From a virus: a stretch of DNA of 64,000 nt. The stretch spans positions 1 to 64,000 of IMG/VR virus record IMGVR_UViG_3300042301_004349; one strand, given 5' to 3'. Positions 1 to 9,494 of the stretch are shown here, piece after piece (the stretch's first letter is position 1; the number at the start of each line of letters is the position of its first letter). Below the pieces are notes generated by a model. The model saw nothing but the letters and a program-made list of their open reading frames with translations. It ran no database searches and was not told where the DNA came from. The translations under genes were made by a program, and so were the position numbers.

Positions 1-125
1 TACGGTGCGGGTAAAACCCTATCGTGTGGTTTAAAAACAGATAACTCAGGTTCAATATCGGCGTAGCGCTTCACAGTTCCACACTGTTCACCACCAACCA
101 TAAATGGGGTTTCTACTAGTCTCAT
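1..125 (-). CDS. hypothetical protein, partial (runs off left edge)
   Basis: ATG at 125, open to position 1 (MRLVETPFMVGGEQCGTVKRY...), directly downstream of a consensus promoter at 144-176. Confidence 0.6.
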   Translation of the reverse strand, partial: MRLVETPFMVGGEQCGTVKRYADIEPELSVFKPHDRVLPAP

Positions 126-143
126 ATCTTAATTTTTGTTGAC

Positions 144-176
144 GTAAATGTACGAACAAAACCCTGCCACGACAAA
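144..176 (-). promoter_or_regulatory. class A promoter (TTG..GGCA box..TAnnTTTA)
   Basis: TTTGTCGTGGCAGGGTTTTGTTCGTACATTTAC; Bacteroidota -33/-7-like elements, 20-nt spacer. Confidence 0.75.
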
Positions 177-573
177 AACACTACAAAACCTTGCAACAAA
201 ACTGCTACAAAAAACCGTATAAAGGTACGAACAAATTGTGCGTCCTCCAAACTCAGGTGTGCTACAAAAAAGTGTAGTTGTGCGTCAAAAAAGAGGTGGG
301 TTTGGGACAAAAAGTTCATAAAAAAAAGTTTGGATCGTGTGGAAAGAAAACGGGACGGACCCCACTCACAACCCACCGTCACCAACCAACTCGTCACATA
401 CTATAACGAACCTAAACAAAACAATACGTGAACAAAAATCCGACTCGTTCCATACCGTCCCTATTTATCACCCATTAATACACCAGCGCGTACAAAAAAC
501 AGCGTAAAAAAACGCAGAATCAGCGCAAAAAAACGGCGGCCTCCGCTACACAATAACAATCGATTGTTGGTAC

Positions 574-849
574 CTACTTGATTTTATCCACAGGATACGC
601 TTGCAACAAAAACCGTTTATTATACACACGATCCCAGGCACGTCCGTCTAATTCAAACACAGCGGACTTATGAGCAGCCATTAACGCCGCTTGCACGTGC
701 ATCGTAGCAAACCCAATCATCACCTCCTCCATCGTACGACCATTTCCATCTTCACCTACCAACCTAATCCAATCGTTCGCCGTCATCTCCCCCATACCAG
801 TATTCTGAGTATTATTATTACCCCATTCCCAATAGTTCTTCGTCATCAT
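574..849 (-). CDS. hypothetical phage protein
   Basis: ORF in tightly packed minus-strand array. Confidence 0.7.
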   Translation of the reverse strand: MMTKNYWEWGNNNTQNTGMGEMTANDWIRLVGEDGNGRTMEEVMIGFATMHVQAALMAAHKSAVFELDGRAWDRVYNKRFLLQAYPVDKIK

Positions 850-859
850 CTCCCCGTTA

Positions 860-1147
860 TTATTTACCCAATGTTTGTTGTAGTTTTTGGATGTCCGTTT
901 TTACATCCTCCACACGTGCACGTTTCTTTAATTCCAATATCTTTCTGTTCTGTTCCACTATGGAATCCATTTTACCATGTTTGACTTGGTGTTCCTCAAT
1001 CATATGTGCCAACACATCCTTAACCAGATCAATACCGTGTTTCGTTTTGGTATCAATGTATCCTGGATATTCTACTGTTGATTTTGAGTAATTACCTTGC
1101 TCATCTACCAACCTAATCTCGATTAGTTTTAAATCATTGTTCGCCAT
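860..1147 (-). CDS. hypothetical protein (C-terminal coiled coil)
   Basis: ORF track 860..1156; ATG at 1147 preferred. Confidence 0.7.
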   Translation of the reverse strand: MANNDLKLIEIRLVDEQGNYSKSTVEYPGYIDTKTKHGIDLVKDVLAHMIEEHQVKHGKMDSIVEQNRKILELKKRARVEDVKTDIQKLQQTLGK

Positions 1148-1331
1148 GATTTTCAATTTTATAAATGATTGTTCTATCCACTGGATAACACGCTACTGTT
1201 TCGTCATTATTATCCCTAAATACATACACCCCATCTAACACCCTAAATTTAGCTGCATGGCAGGTACAAGTATATGTTCCGCTGGTTAATGCTTTACTTC
1301 CTGTTATTATTTGTAAATGATATGTTTTCAT
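1134..1331 (-). CDS. hypothetical protein
   Basis: packed ORF. Confidence 0.65.
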   Translation of the reverse strand: MKTYHLQIITGSKALTSGTYTCTCHAAKFRVLDGVYVFRDNNDETVACYPVDRTIIYKIENHGEQ

Positions 1332-1334
1332 CTG

Positions 1335-1553
1335 CTAATAATTAATTATATATTTTTCATATGCTACATCCATTGCCCAATTAAGTGCTCTATTAACTTT
1401 AAACACCACCACTGATAATTCCTTTATCTGCTCACTATATTCATCATGCTTCTCAACATTGATACCCTTGACTAACTGCATCTTATACCAATTTAATTGT
1501 TCTAAGTAGCGATCATACATTGCCTTCATGTCGGCTATTGCTAATTGGTTCAT
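1335..1553 (-). CDS. hypothetical protein
   Basis: packed ORF, 4-nt overlap with upstream gene. Confidence 0.65.
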   Translation of the reverse strand: MNQLAIADMKAMYDRYLEQLNWYKMQLVKGINVEKHDEYSEQIKELSVVVFKVNRALNWAMDVAYEKYIINY

Positions 1554-1798
1554 AGATTATTATTTTTCCACCACCATTCTACTCCGGTTGGTGTATCATT
1601 ATTTGCTGATGTCCACTGTGATTTTCTCTTAAATGTTGGATCGTAGTTCTCTATACCCCTTAGGTACATATTCATCATTTGCTCCTTCTCCATTGCTTTA
1701 GCTTGTTGAATTATATCTTGGTTATCATTGTAGAATGCTAATCCATTCTGCATAGCTAATTGCTCAACTAGCCAACTTACTGCTGTTTTATTTTCCAT
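1550..1798 (-). CDS. hypothetical protein (TAVxWL...MEKEQ family, related to 14617..14850)
   Basis: shared xTA(V/I)...EKEQ(M/I) pattern with 14617..14850. Confidence 0.7.
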   Translation of the reverse strand: MENKTAVSWLVEQLAMQNGLAFYNDNQDIIQQAKAMEKEQMMNMYLRGIENYDPTFKRKSQWTSANNDTPTGVEWWWKNNNL

Positions 1799-1989
1799 AA
1801 CGAATCGTATATACGTATTTAGGTATTGTGTGGTGTGGCCACCAACTTTTGTGGCTTAATTTTAGGGTACTATTTTATGTTTCTTAAGTATTTTCATTAT
1901 TATATTCTTCACTTCAATCGTTCCAATTAGTCTACCTAGTAGGAATGTTGTTATGTAGCTACCAATGATTAGTATTGTTGTAGTTTCCA

Positions 1990-2259
1990 TTATAGTGATT
2001 GGATTTGTTCTAGTAATCTAGTCACATCATCTTCACTTAGATATCCTTCAACATCGCTTGTTACAGGCGTTTCATATGTTAAATCACCATTACTATCCAA
2101 CACGGCTAATTCATATAAACCGTCCTTACCACCATACGACATTGGGCCTTTAACTATGCTCGCTCCATATCCATTTTCAAAGTGAATACGGCTCATAATC
2201 CCACCAAATTCTACACCCATTGGATGATCAATAAATTCCAAATCACTGAATGTTTTCAT
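1990..2259 (-). CDS. conserved hypothetical phage protein
   Basis: FENGYGASI...SYGG..GLYELAVL motif typical of a small phage family. Confidence 0.75.
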   Translation of the reverse strand: MKTFSDLEFIDHPMGVEFGGIMSRIHFENGYGASIVKGPMSYGGKDGLYELAVLDSNGDLTYETPVTSDVEGYLSEDDVTRLLEQIQSL

Positions 2260-2410
2260 ATGTAAATTGTTTTTTAGGATGGAACGCCGCTCTGGCTTCG
2301 TCCAATCGTTTTAGAAATTGCCTATTTTTATTATCACCCTTGTCCCATAGTGTTGATACACCATGCTTACGGGCCCACTCTTCCATTGTTAATTCGTTAT
2401 TTACTTTCAT
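2243..2410 (-). CDS. small hypothetical protein (55 aa, below ORF-track cutoff)
   Basis: hand translation MKVNNELTMEEWARKHG...FTYENIQ*, fills the gap between neighbours. Confidence 0.55.
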   Translation of the reverse strand: MKVNNELTMEEWARKHGVSTLWDKGDNKNRQFLKRLDEARAAFHPKKQFTYENIQ

Positions 2411-2419
2411 AATATGAAT

Positions 2420-3301
2420 TTATGCTGTTTGCTTTGCCCCTTCATAACGATTGAAGCGTTTAGTTTGAGTCTCATCAGATATTTCCTTACCAGTTGTTTC
2501 CCAGTGATACACATCAGTAACGAAATCATTGAAATAATCTTGTTTTACCTCAATACCTGTCCAATCGTGATGATATTGTGTTTTAACTAGCAATGATACT
2601 TTATTGTATTTGCCTTGTCCAACAACCCTATAAGCAGATACATTTATGTAATCATAGCGACCACGACCAGTTGTTAAATTGATTGTCTTTGGGTGAGTAT
2701 TTAACTCATAATTACCAATTGAATAATCAGTGATCTCACATACTAATTGAGATGAAACGGAATGTTCAAATCCAACTGCCTTATACGCTTCACGATTATT
2801 TTCGTGAATTTCTTGTTTAACTCTATTTACTTCTTGTTCTAACTTATAGAGTTCATTATTCAAGTCATTATAAGGTCTAGCTATATTTCGATATGCTTCA
2901 ATCCAACTATTATCTATCTTATCAATAACTAATTCAATGTTGGAAGCAACCTTACCTAATACAGTTAGGTAGAACATGTTGTTATGATCTACAGTATTAT
3001 GAGATTGACTATAGTAGATTTCATATGGGTTGAGGTTTTCATCTCTATAATAAGAGTATTTTTTTCTAATACTAATCTTATTAGCCCATCTTTCATCAAA
3101 TGGGGTAATTTCGATACCTTCACCGTTACTATAAGTAATGTTATGAACAATAATATCTAATGCTGTTTTAAACCACTCACGAACCTCATTATTGAGATTG
3201 TTGATTGCAGGATCGTACACTGCGGCTTCGTATTGTGATAACTCGTTCTGCTTAGTTGCGAACTGTGATGCTAGAGCATCTAAGATGATTTGCTTATTCA
3301 T
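2420..3301 (-). CDS. hypothetical protein with coiled coils
   Basis: long ORF; ATG at 3301 lies downstream of promoter 3325-3355. Confidence 0.75.
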   Translation of the reverse strand: MNKQIILDALASQFATKQNELSQYEAAVYDPAINNLNNEVREWFKTALDIIVHNITYSNGEGIEITPFDERWANKISIRKKYSYYRDENLNPYEIYYSQSHNTVDHNNMFYLTVLGKVASNIELVIDKIDNSWIEAYRNIARPYNDLNNELYKLEQEVNRVKQEIHENNREAYKAVGFEHSVSSQLVCEITDYSIGNYELNTHPKTINLTTGRGRYDYINVSAYRVVGQGKYNKVSLLVKTQYHHDWTGIEVKQDYFNDFVTDVYHWETTGKEISDETQTKRFNRYEGAKQTA

Positions 3302-3324
3302 AACCTTTAATTTTTTAGTACGAT

Positions 3325-3355
3325 GTAAATGTACGAACGGAACCCTGCCAACCAA
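3325..3355 (-). promoter_or_regulatory. class A promoter
   Basis: TTGGTTGGCAGGGTTCCGTTCGTACATTTAC. Confidence 0.75.
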
Positions 3356-3357
3356 TA

Positions 3358-3382
3358 AAGGAAGCGCCTATTGGCGCTCCTT
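3358..3382 (-). terminator. intrinsic terminator-like hairpin
   Basis: AAGGAGCGCC-AATA-GGCGC(T)TCCTT spanning the stop of 3368..3940. Confidence 0.55.
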
Positions 3383-3940
3383 AATTAGTGTTAGCTCGGA
3401 TGAGTCGAAACACAACTCACTGAACTCTGCTGGAGTGATAGCATTAGTATCTTCCACTGCTACTTTATAACTCTCCACTTTACCTGTTTTGAGATTAACT
3501 AGCACTACTTGATTTGATACTCTACCACCAACCAGAAGGTAACGATTACCATCAGTGTGTTTGTATCTATTACCTACCTTATGAGTAAGGAAATACTCAG
3601 GGAATTGTTTTTTAATTTGCTCTTTCAATTCCTGCATAGCAATAATCATTGATGCTGGTAGATCAAAGTATCTAACATTGTCCATTTTAGGAGAATCATT
3701 AGATTCATTATCTACATTTACAGGAATAAAGAACGATGAGAATTTATCTACTGGAACTGCAATGTTAACACCTCGACCTGATGATTTTTGCATCACATAA
3801 TATCCACTGTATGGATAGTCTCTATCATCTTCACTCCATGTGAATTTTTGACCTGATCTGCAACGATCACCGTAACGGTCTGTGAAGCCTTTGTAACATT
3901 CGTAAGTAACGCCTTGCTGTGGTTTAATTTTTTCGCTCAT
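3368..3940 (-). CDS. hypothetical protein
   Basis: ORF with its own class A promoter (3970-3997). Confidence 0.75.
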   Translation of the reverse strand: MSEKIKPQQGVTYECYKGFTDRYGDRCRSGQKFTWSEDDRDYPYSGYYVMQKSSGRGVNIAVPVDKFSSFFIPVNVDNESNDSPKMDNVRYFDLPASMIIAMQELKEQIKKQFPEYFLTHKVGNRYKHTDGNRYLLVGGRVSNQVVLVNLKTGKVESYKVAVEDTNAITPAEFSELCFDSSELTLIKERQ

Positions 3941-3984
3941 AACTTTTTATTTTTGTTTAAATGTGTAATGTAAATATACGAACT

Positions 3985-4560
3985 TTACTCTGCCAGGAAC
4001 AATCTATTGTAATTGTAGAGTGCAACTGGGTTTTCATCAATGATCAATTCATAATTATCCATAACGTGTTCATAAATGGCACTCAATGGTTCATTAATAA
4101 CTTCCCCTACTAATTGAGAGAAATAATCATTAGATACATTCACTGTATTTTGGGATGTGCCTGGTAAACCACAGTATGATGCTTCGCTTACTTCACTGAT
4201 GAACATACCACTGTAGAACCCATTTAATTGGTGTTTATTCATGAATTGATCTGCATTACACCATATTGCAATACATTCTTTATCCCTTAATAACGGTACT
4301 GTCGATTCATCAATAGCATAAGTATAATTGAAGCGTTGTGGGTATATAGATGATTTTGCATCACTAAACATACCAACAGCAAATAATCCACTAGGTGAAC
4401 CATGTCCCATCATTACAATGCGATCATGTTCCTTGATTAGTTGTGTTAATTCATCTCTAGACACACCCCCAGTAACCACAGTGGCTTGGAATACGTTGTC
4501 ATAGATTGGAATTAGGAAATCGGTACTCGGATCATCCGGGTGTATAATTAAAACTTTCAT
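3985..4560 (-). CDS. putative clan CD (caspase/gingipain-like) cysteine peptidase
   Basis: IVMMGHGS and IAIWCNA match the His-Gly and Cys dyad motifs at the ends of hydrophobic strands. Confidence 0.5.
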   Translation of the reverse strand: MKVLIIHPDDPSTDFLIPIYDNVFQATVVTGGVSRDELTQLIKEHDRIVMMGHGSPSGLFAVGMFSDAKSSIYPQRFNYTYAIDESTVPLLRDKECIAIWCNADQFMNKHQLNGFYSGMFISEVSEASYCGLPGTSQNTVNVSNDYFSQLVGEVINEPLSAIYEHVMDNYELIIDENPVALYNYNRLFLAE

Positions 4561-4760
4561 GGCATAAAGATAGGCAAATTGCTTTGCCCATCCAAATTTT
4601 AACTTTCAATCCCAATTATGTTCCGTCTCCACCATTTAGCAAACTGTGTGTTTGGTTTTTTAGTGGCTAATGATTCACCCACTACTAACGTTATTGTAAA
4701 TGCAGCTGATGCTAAACACATTAACATTAGGATCACAAATAGAGGCATTGTTAGTTTGGT

Positions 4761-4976
4761 TTAGTAGTTGTCGTCGTAATCATCATCATTATCCATAAAT
4801 TCTTCATCAAGGGATGATTCTGAATAGATTAGTTCTCCTAGATCATCTAGTTCCTCATAATATGATTCTAAAGTATAGATAAATTCTTCCAAATCAAAAT
4901 TATCAGGATGACCATTGTGGTTTAACTCGGTTGTTGCTGATAGGATTAAGTCTTTTAGGATGTCTTTAATTTCCAT
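4761..4976 (-). CDS. small, highly acidic protein
   Basis: D/E-rich ORF. Confidence 0.65.
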   Translation of the reverse strand: MEIKDILKDLILSATTELNHNGHPDNFDLEEFIYTLESYYEELDDLGELIYSESSLDEEFMDNDDDYDDNY

Positions 4977-4978
4977 TT

Positions 4979-5413
4979 TTAATTTAATTTTTTCTTGCTA
5001 TAAATATGTTGATAAAATTCTAGTAGTGTGCCATCAAACTGAAACATTTCCTCTTCCACTTCTTCTTTTTCCATTCTAAATTCAACCCAGAAATCTTTAT
5101 ACATTGCTTCTAGTATTTGAGCTTCATCTCGTTCAAAATCAACAGACAGTCTACGAATACGCTCACTGTGTAGGCCTCTTAATTCATGTACTATAGCAGG
5201 GTCTGTTATGTCTTTGATTGCTTCTCTTTCTAATTTTTGCTCCCACAATAACCACCAATGATAATCACTCATTTCGTAATCACCATTCATGATTTTATCT
5301 TTAAGTGGTTGACGTTTGTGAAGCGGATTTTTACTGCTTTTAAAACGCCTCCACCAATAATAAGGATTGTATTTTGTTGGGGTGTATGTTGCGATTCTAT
5401 CTTTTAATTCCAT
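4979..5413 (-). CDS. hypothetical protein
   Basis: ATG at 5413 follows promoter 5417-5449. Confidence 0.7.
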   Translation of the reverse strand: MELKDRIATYTPTKYNPYYWWRRFKSSKNPLHKRQPLKDKIMNGDYEMSDYHWWLLWEQKLEREAIKDITDPAIVHELRGLHSERIRRLSVDFERDEAQILEAMYKDFWVEFRMEKEEVEEEMFQFDGTLLEFYQHIYSKKKLN

Positions 5414-5440
5414 AGTATGAATATACAAACGTTGTTTTGC

Positions 5441-6523
5441 CTATTCAAAGTCTCTAATTGCGATCACTTTTGGAAAGCGAGGAATGCCATCTTCTGTTAG
5501 TTCAAAGTACTTAACTGTTGCTTGTTTACCAATCAAATCATTTCGCTTCAGCAATTCAGCCAAGTATTCCCAATCACCATTAACGGCCGATTCAAATGGT
5601 TTACCATTAATTTCGAATTGTAATTTACCCACTTTACCAGTCAAATTACCTTTACCTTCAATTACACCTAGTATTGTAAACTCAGCATCACTGAATGTTT
5701 TATGTTTTAATAGTGATTTGGAACGTTTATTCTCATATTTAGAATCTGTTCTTAGTATTTGCCCCTCATAACCTAAATGCATATAATCATAGTAATAAGC
5801 TAATAGATCATTTTCATTATCGATCTGATCAGTTTGTACTACAGTACAACATTCAGGTAGTTTGAGTTGGAATAATGCTTTGAAGCGCTGAATGAATGTT
5901 CCATCATGACTTGGTAAATCATAAATGTGGTATTGAATACAATTAGCACTTAGTTTTAAATCGTCTCGTGTTGGTTTAGTTTTACGAACGCAAGATATAA
6001 TTGTATTAAAATCAGCTACATTCTTATCAGCATATAATTCACCATCTAGTATTAGATCTGGGTCTTGTTCAAACAAGGGTCTTAGTGAATAATAAATGTG
6101 AGGTGCTGATAGAATTGCTTTACCATTTCGAGACCACATTCCATCTGCTCTAACGATACATCTTACTCCATCCAATTTTGGTTGACCAAAGATTGGGTAT
6201 GCAATTTTATCCTTATAATCATTGTAATCATGAGCTAACATTGGTTTGAAATAGACTGGTGTGTCTATGTCTTCAAGTTTATCCCAATAACCTAGATCCC
6301 TACGTTTAGTATACATTGCTTCTACTTCAGCCTGTGCTTGCTGTTCATCTGTAGTAGCATTCTTCTTACCAACGTTTTTAGCCTTACATTCCGTCCACTC
6401 AGATGTTACCTTTTGCCCATCCAAGAAACCACTAATTGTTCTGAAGTAATTATTCTCGGTTTCGGCTTGCCATGTTGATACCTTACCAGTAACAGATCGT
6501 TTATATAGAATTGGATATATCAT
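5441..6523 (-). CDS. lig: ATP-dependent DNA ligase
   Basis: motif I QPKLDGVR, LDGELY, YEGQILR, C-terminal OB fold ending GIPRFP. Confidence 0.95.
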   Translation of the reverse strand: MIYPILYKRSVTGKVSTWQAETENNYFRTISGFLDGQKVTSEWTECKAKNVGKKNATTDEQQAQAEVEAMYTKRRDLGYWDKLEDIDTPVYFKPMLAHDYNDYKDKIAYPIFGQPKLDGVRCIVRADGMWSRNGKAILSAPHIYYSLRPLFEQDPDLILDGELYADKNVADFNTIISCVRKTKPTRDDLKLSANCIQYHIYDLPSHDGTFIQRFKALFQLKLPECCTVVQTDQIDNENDLLAYYYDYMHLGYEGQILRTDSKYENKRSKSLLKHKTFSDAEFTILGVIEGKGNLTGKVGKLQFEINGKPFESAVNGDWEYLAELLKRNDLIGKQATVKYFELTEDGIPRFPKVIAIRDFE

Positions 6524-6526
6524 AAC

Positions 6527-6856
6527 TTAGAAATTTATCACCCAAAACTGCCACCATTTTTTCTTCTTTGGTGTTTTGGGTTCGAATGGTTTAGTATTAT
6601 CATAACAGTTAATTATACCCCCATAACGAGCAGCCATCATTTGTATCATTGTAGCATGCCATTCAGATGGAATTTTTTCGAAATCAGCCCTAATCTCAAT
6701 AGTTAGTTCTACTTGTTTATCCTTCCCAGTTAATAACACCAAATGATCATTCATCTGGACAATATGGGAGGTCTTCATTGTTATTTGTTGACCTTTACCT
6801 ATGGATATTGATCCGTTATTTTCTAATTCCCACATATTATTCTCGTTCTTTAACAA
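6527..6856 (-). CDS. hypothetical protein, C-terminal KKWWQFW
   Basis: packed ORF. Confidence 0.65.
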   Translation of the reverse strand: MLKNENNMWELENNGSISIGKGQQITMKTSHIVQMNDHLVLLTGKDKQVELTIEIRADFEKIPSEWHATMIQMMAARYGGIINCYDNTKPFEPKTPKKKKWWQFWVINF

Positions 6857-7025
6857 TTACTTCTAAATTATTATCACTAAATCTTAATCCAACAACTTCA
6901 CCACCGTGATCTGCTGCTTCAACTAATTCTAAGAATTTCTTTAACTCTACGGCTCTTATAAAGAATCCACCTTTAGCATAAGCACCATCATAGGAATCTT
7001 TCCAAAATACTTCTTCGTTAAACAT
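6837..7025 (-). CDS. hypothetical protein
   Basis: packed ORF. Confidence 0.65.
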   Translation of the reverse strand: MFNEEVFWKDSYDGAYAKGGFFIRAVELKKFLELVEAADHGGEVVGLRFSDNNLEVIVKERE

Positions 7026-7043
7026 AATTATGTTATTTAAAGA

Positions 7044-7790
7044 TTAAAGATACGACTCAGCCAATTCAAATAATTGTTCATTCAATTGAATATCCTTTTG
7101 GAAATTCTTAACTGATCTAGCCTTACGACCACCAGATGTATATGAACCACCTAATATCTTCTCTTGTACTCTATTAAATACAACCCACAAATCATTACCT
7201 TGATCTTGTGAACGTGTTGCTGATAGTACATCCATGATATTAACTGTTTTCTTAGTTCTCAATTGAGATGCTTTAACAGCAAAATCACTCATTTCGGCTT
7301 CAGTTAATGTTTTAGCCTTAAATGTATTAATCTTATTTACCAATCCTGGTAGTTTGGAAATAATCTCATTGATTTTGACTTGCAATGATTCGAATGTGTA
7401 ATTCATATGTCGAATTGATACATTGCTAAAGTCAGCATCGCTAACTACTAATCCATTACTACATACTAATCTGAAGATACCAACTCTAAAATTGAATGCG
7501 GCTTTACCGTCATGGGAGTTAGTTAATAGGATTTGAGGGAACGAATCGTCTCCGTTTTCACCTTTAATCATAATATCAGGATTGCGGAACACAACTAAGT
7601 GCTTTTGGAAGCCCTTGTACTTACGAGAATTAACCTCTTGTACTTTAGTTACTTCCCAACCTAAATTCATTAGATCCTCTACTACACGAGATGTAGGAGT
7701 TTGAACATACTTGTCTGACAAGTGAGATGCTTTTTCAGTTGTAAATACTGACGGTGCAATTGCCTTAATGTTTTCTAAACTGTAATTCAT
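7044..7790 (-). CDS. DUF932/DUF945-family protein
   Basis: APSVF...SDKY, LTNSHDG, FRLVCSNGL, DLWVVFNRVQE motifs. Confidence 0.85.
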   Translation of the reverse strand: MNYSLENIKAIAPSVFTTEKASHLSDKYVQTPTSRVVEDLMNLGWEVTKVQEVNSRKYKGFQKHLVVFRNPDIMIKGENGDDSFPQILLTNSHDGKAAFNFRVGIFRLVCSNGLVVSDADFSNVSIRHMNYTFESLQVKINEIISKLPGLVNKINTFKAKTLTEAEMSDFAVKASQLRTKKTVNIMDVLSATRSQDQGNDLWVVFNRVQEKILGGSYTSGGRKARSVKNFQKDIQLNEQLFELAESYL

Positions 7791-7847
7791 AACCTTTATA
7801 TTTTAATTTATATGTAAATCTACAATGATAACTCTGCCCAGCCAAGT

Positions 7848-8033
7848 TTAATTGAGTACTCCCAAACGTGCATATGCAATTGCTTCTGCAATGGTTTCCA
7901 TTTCATCTTCAGTCATGAAACCATACATTTCATTTATACGATATACGATTTCTTCCTTATCTACACCTCTCAGTGTTAATGAACGAGTCCAATTTTCTAC
8001 TTCCAAACATCTAACTTGTAACTCTGCTGTCAT
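7848..8033 (-). CDS. hypothetical protein
   Basis: ORF with class A promoter 8056-8087. Confidence 0.65.
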   Translation of the reverse strand: MTAELQVRCLEVENWTRSLTLRGVDKEEIVYRINEMYGFMTEDEMETIAEAIAYARLGVLN

Positions 8034-8087
8034 AACCTTTAATTTTAAGTACGTTGTAAATGTAAGTGAGGAGCCTTGCCCCTCAAA

Positions 8088-8279
8088 TTAACCTTCTCTA
8101 TCTTTTTGTTTGCGTCTCAAAACGATCCATTGTTCTTGCTCAGCTAATGATGCGCCTCGTCTAAATAAATCATCCCAACTTTCTTGGCTCAATGGAACTT
8201 GCTTTTTTGGCTTGTTTAATACTCTGTCTAGTTTTTTACTTACTTTGTCTTGAGCTTCGTCTCGAGTTTGAAATGCCAT
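8088..8279 (-). CDS. small basic hypothetical protein
   Basis: ORF with class A promoter 8297-8326. Confidence 0.65.
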   Translation of the reverse strand: MAFQTRDEAQDKVSKKLDRVLNKPKKQVPLSQESWDDLFRRGASLAEQEQWIVLRRKQKDREG

Positions 8280-8310
8280 ATTTTATTTATTTGACGTAAA
8301 TATACGACTC

Positions 8311-8709
8311 TTACTTTGCCATCCACTTCCCACTGTTAATTAGAACAAATTCATCTGTGTTTCTATCTATGAACTGCCATGTTGCTGTTTGTAGATTAAA
8401 GTGTTCATTAATGTGAGTTAACACTTGGTTAGGTGTGAAATTTGAACAACTGTATAGATCAAACTGGAACATAGGCAATTCTAAAGCATCCCATACATGG
8501 ATTGAAGCGTGTGATGTTGCTAGTGTAACAGTGCCTGTTATTCCTTCATTTCCAGGTTCATTAACATATATTGAGGTAGGTCCAGCGACAACTACCATTC
8601 CTACTTTACTTACTAATTCTCGAAGCCAATTGTTTAAAACTTCTTCTGATTTGGGAGGGTTAGTGATGTATCCTTTCACTAATAGGTGTAAATGATTTGG
8701 TACAAACAT
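8311..8709 (-). CDS. speD: S-adenosylmethionine decarboxylase proenzyme (class 1B-like)
   Basis: GITGTVTLATSHASIHVW and FDLYSC motifs. Confidence 0.85.
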   Translation of the reverse strand: MFVPNHLHLLVKGYITNPPKSEEVLNNWLRELVSKVGMVVVAGPTSIYVNEPGNEGITGTVTLATSHASIHVWDALELPMFQFDLYSCSNFTPNQVLTHINEHFNLQTATWQFIDRNTDEFVLINSGKWMAK

Positions 8710-8724
8710 TACTTTTGATTGATT

Positions 8725-9345
8725 TTATTGATGATCAGATGATGGACAAATCATTTCTAATTCGTGCCATTTGAATTTTGGTTTTTCATTTAAAAATACA
8801 AAGCACCTCCAGTATTTTTGTTTTTCAAAATAGATGTGTTTTTGTAGGTGAGAAGGGATAGCGGCGTTTGTAGATAATCTTTTAACTGGATTATCAAATA
8901 TAATTTTAATTAGAACTGTTAGGTCTTCAGTATCATCCCACTTTCGTTCTTGCTCTTCTAATAATCTCCATTCACCACGGTTTAAATACTGGTCTTGAAG
9001 GATACAATTTAGATATGAAAAAGTTTGTTTTAAATTCTCTTGATTATCAGAAAAAGTTGCTGCTGGTGCTCCATGTCCCTTATCGTAAATGTTTTTAACG
9101 TAGTCGGCAGCATCTGATGTTTTGATGTTTGGTTCTTTATAGAAATCCATCGTTCCTCTATTTACATTAGTGGGACGATTTGTTGATCTATACTTAATTT
9201 TGAGGGGTTGTTCTAAATCTTGCGAATATAGAACTTCAAATACATTATTTTTAACTATAATGTTTTGTGTAAGCGGTGTTATACCTTGACTATAAGATAC
9301 AACAGTTATTAATACTAGTAATAACGATATTAGGCATTTTTTCAT
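8725..9345 (-). CDS. secreted DNA/RNA non-specific endonuclease (His-Me, NucA-like)
   Basis: signal peptide ending SYS-Q; YDKGHGAPA and LNRGEW motifs. Confidence 0.85.
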   Translation of the reverse strand: MKKCLISLLLVLITVVSYSQGITPLTQNIIVKNNVFEVLYSQDLEQPLKIKYRSTNRPTNVNRGTMDFYKEPNIKTSDAADYVKNIYDKGHGAPAATFSDNQENLKQTFSYLNCILQDQYLNRGEWRLLEEQERKWDDTEDLTVLIKIIFDNPVKRLSTNAAIPSHLQKHIYFEKQKYWRCFVFLNEKPKFKWHELEMICPSSDHQ

Positions 9346-9368
9346 GCCTATAAATATATACGATTAGC

Positions 9369-9494
9369 CTATTTTATTAACCAGTCAGTCAATAATGATA
9401 CTACAATGGTAATAACCATACAAACTAAAGCAAACACAGCAAATGAATTGCTGTCTTCTACCTGATCGTCTCTTTTACCCTGTTCTTCACTCAT
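9369..9494 (-). CDS. small membrane protein
   Basis: MSEEQGKRDDQVEDS plus one hydrophobic helix. Confidence 0.55.
   Translation of the reverse strand: MSEEQGKRDDQVEDSNSFAVFALVCMVITIVVSLLTDWLIK

Noticed and set aside
122-397. 91-aa minus-strand ORF in the track
   Set aside because: Phe-rich by-product of A-tracts; overlaps a clear promoter and has no coding character
2243-2410. Suspected frameshift in a small ORF
   Set aside because: Recounting the A-run (five A) gives a continuous 55-aa frame
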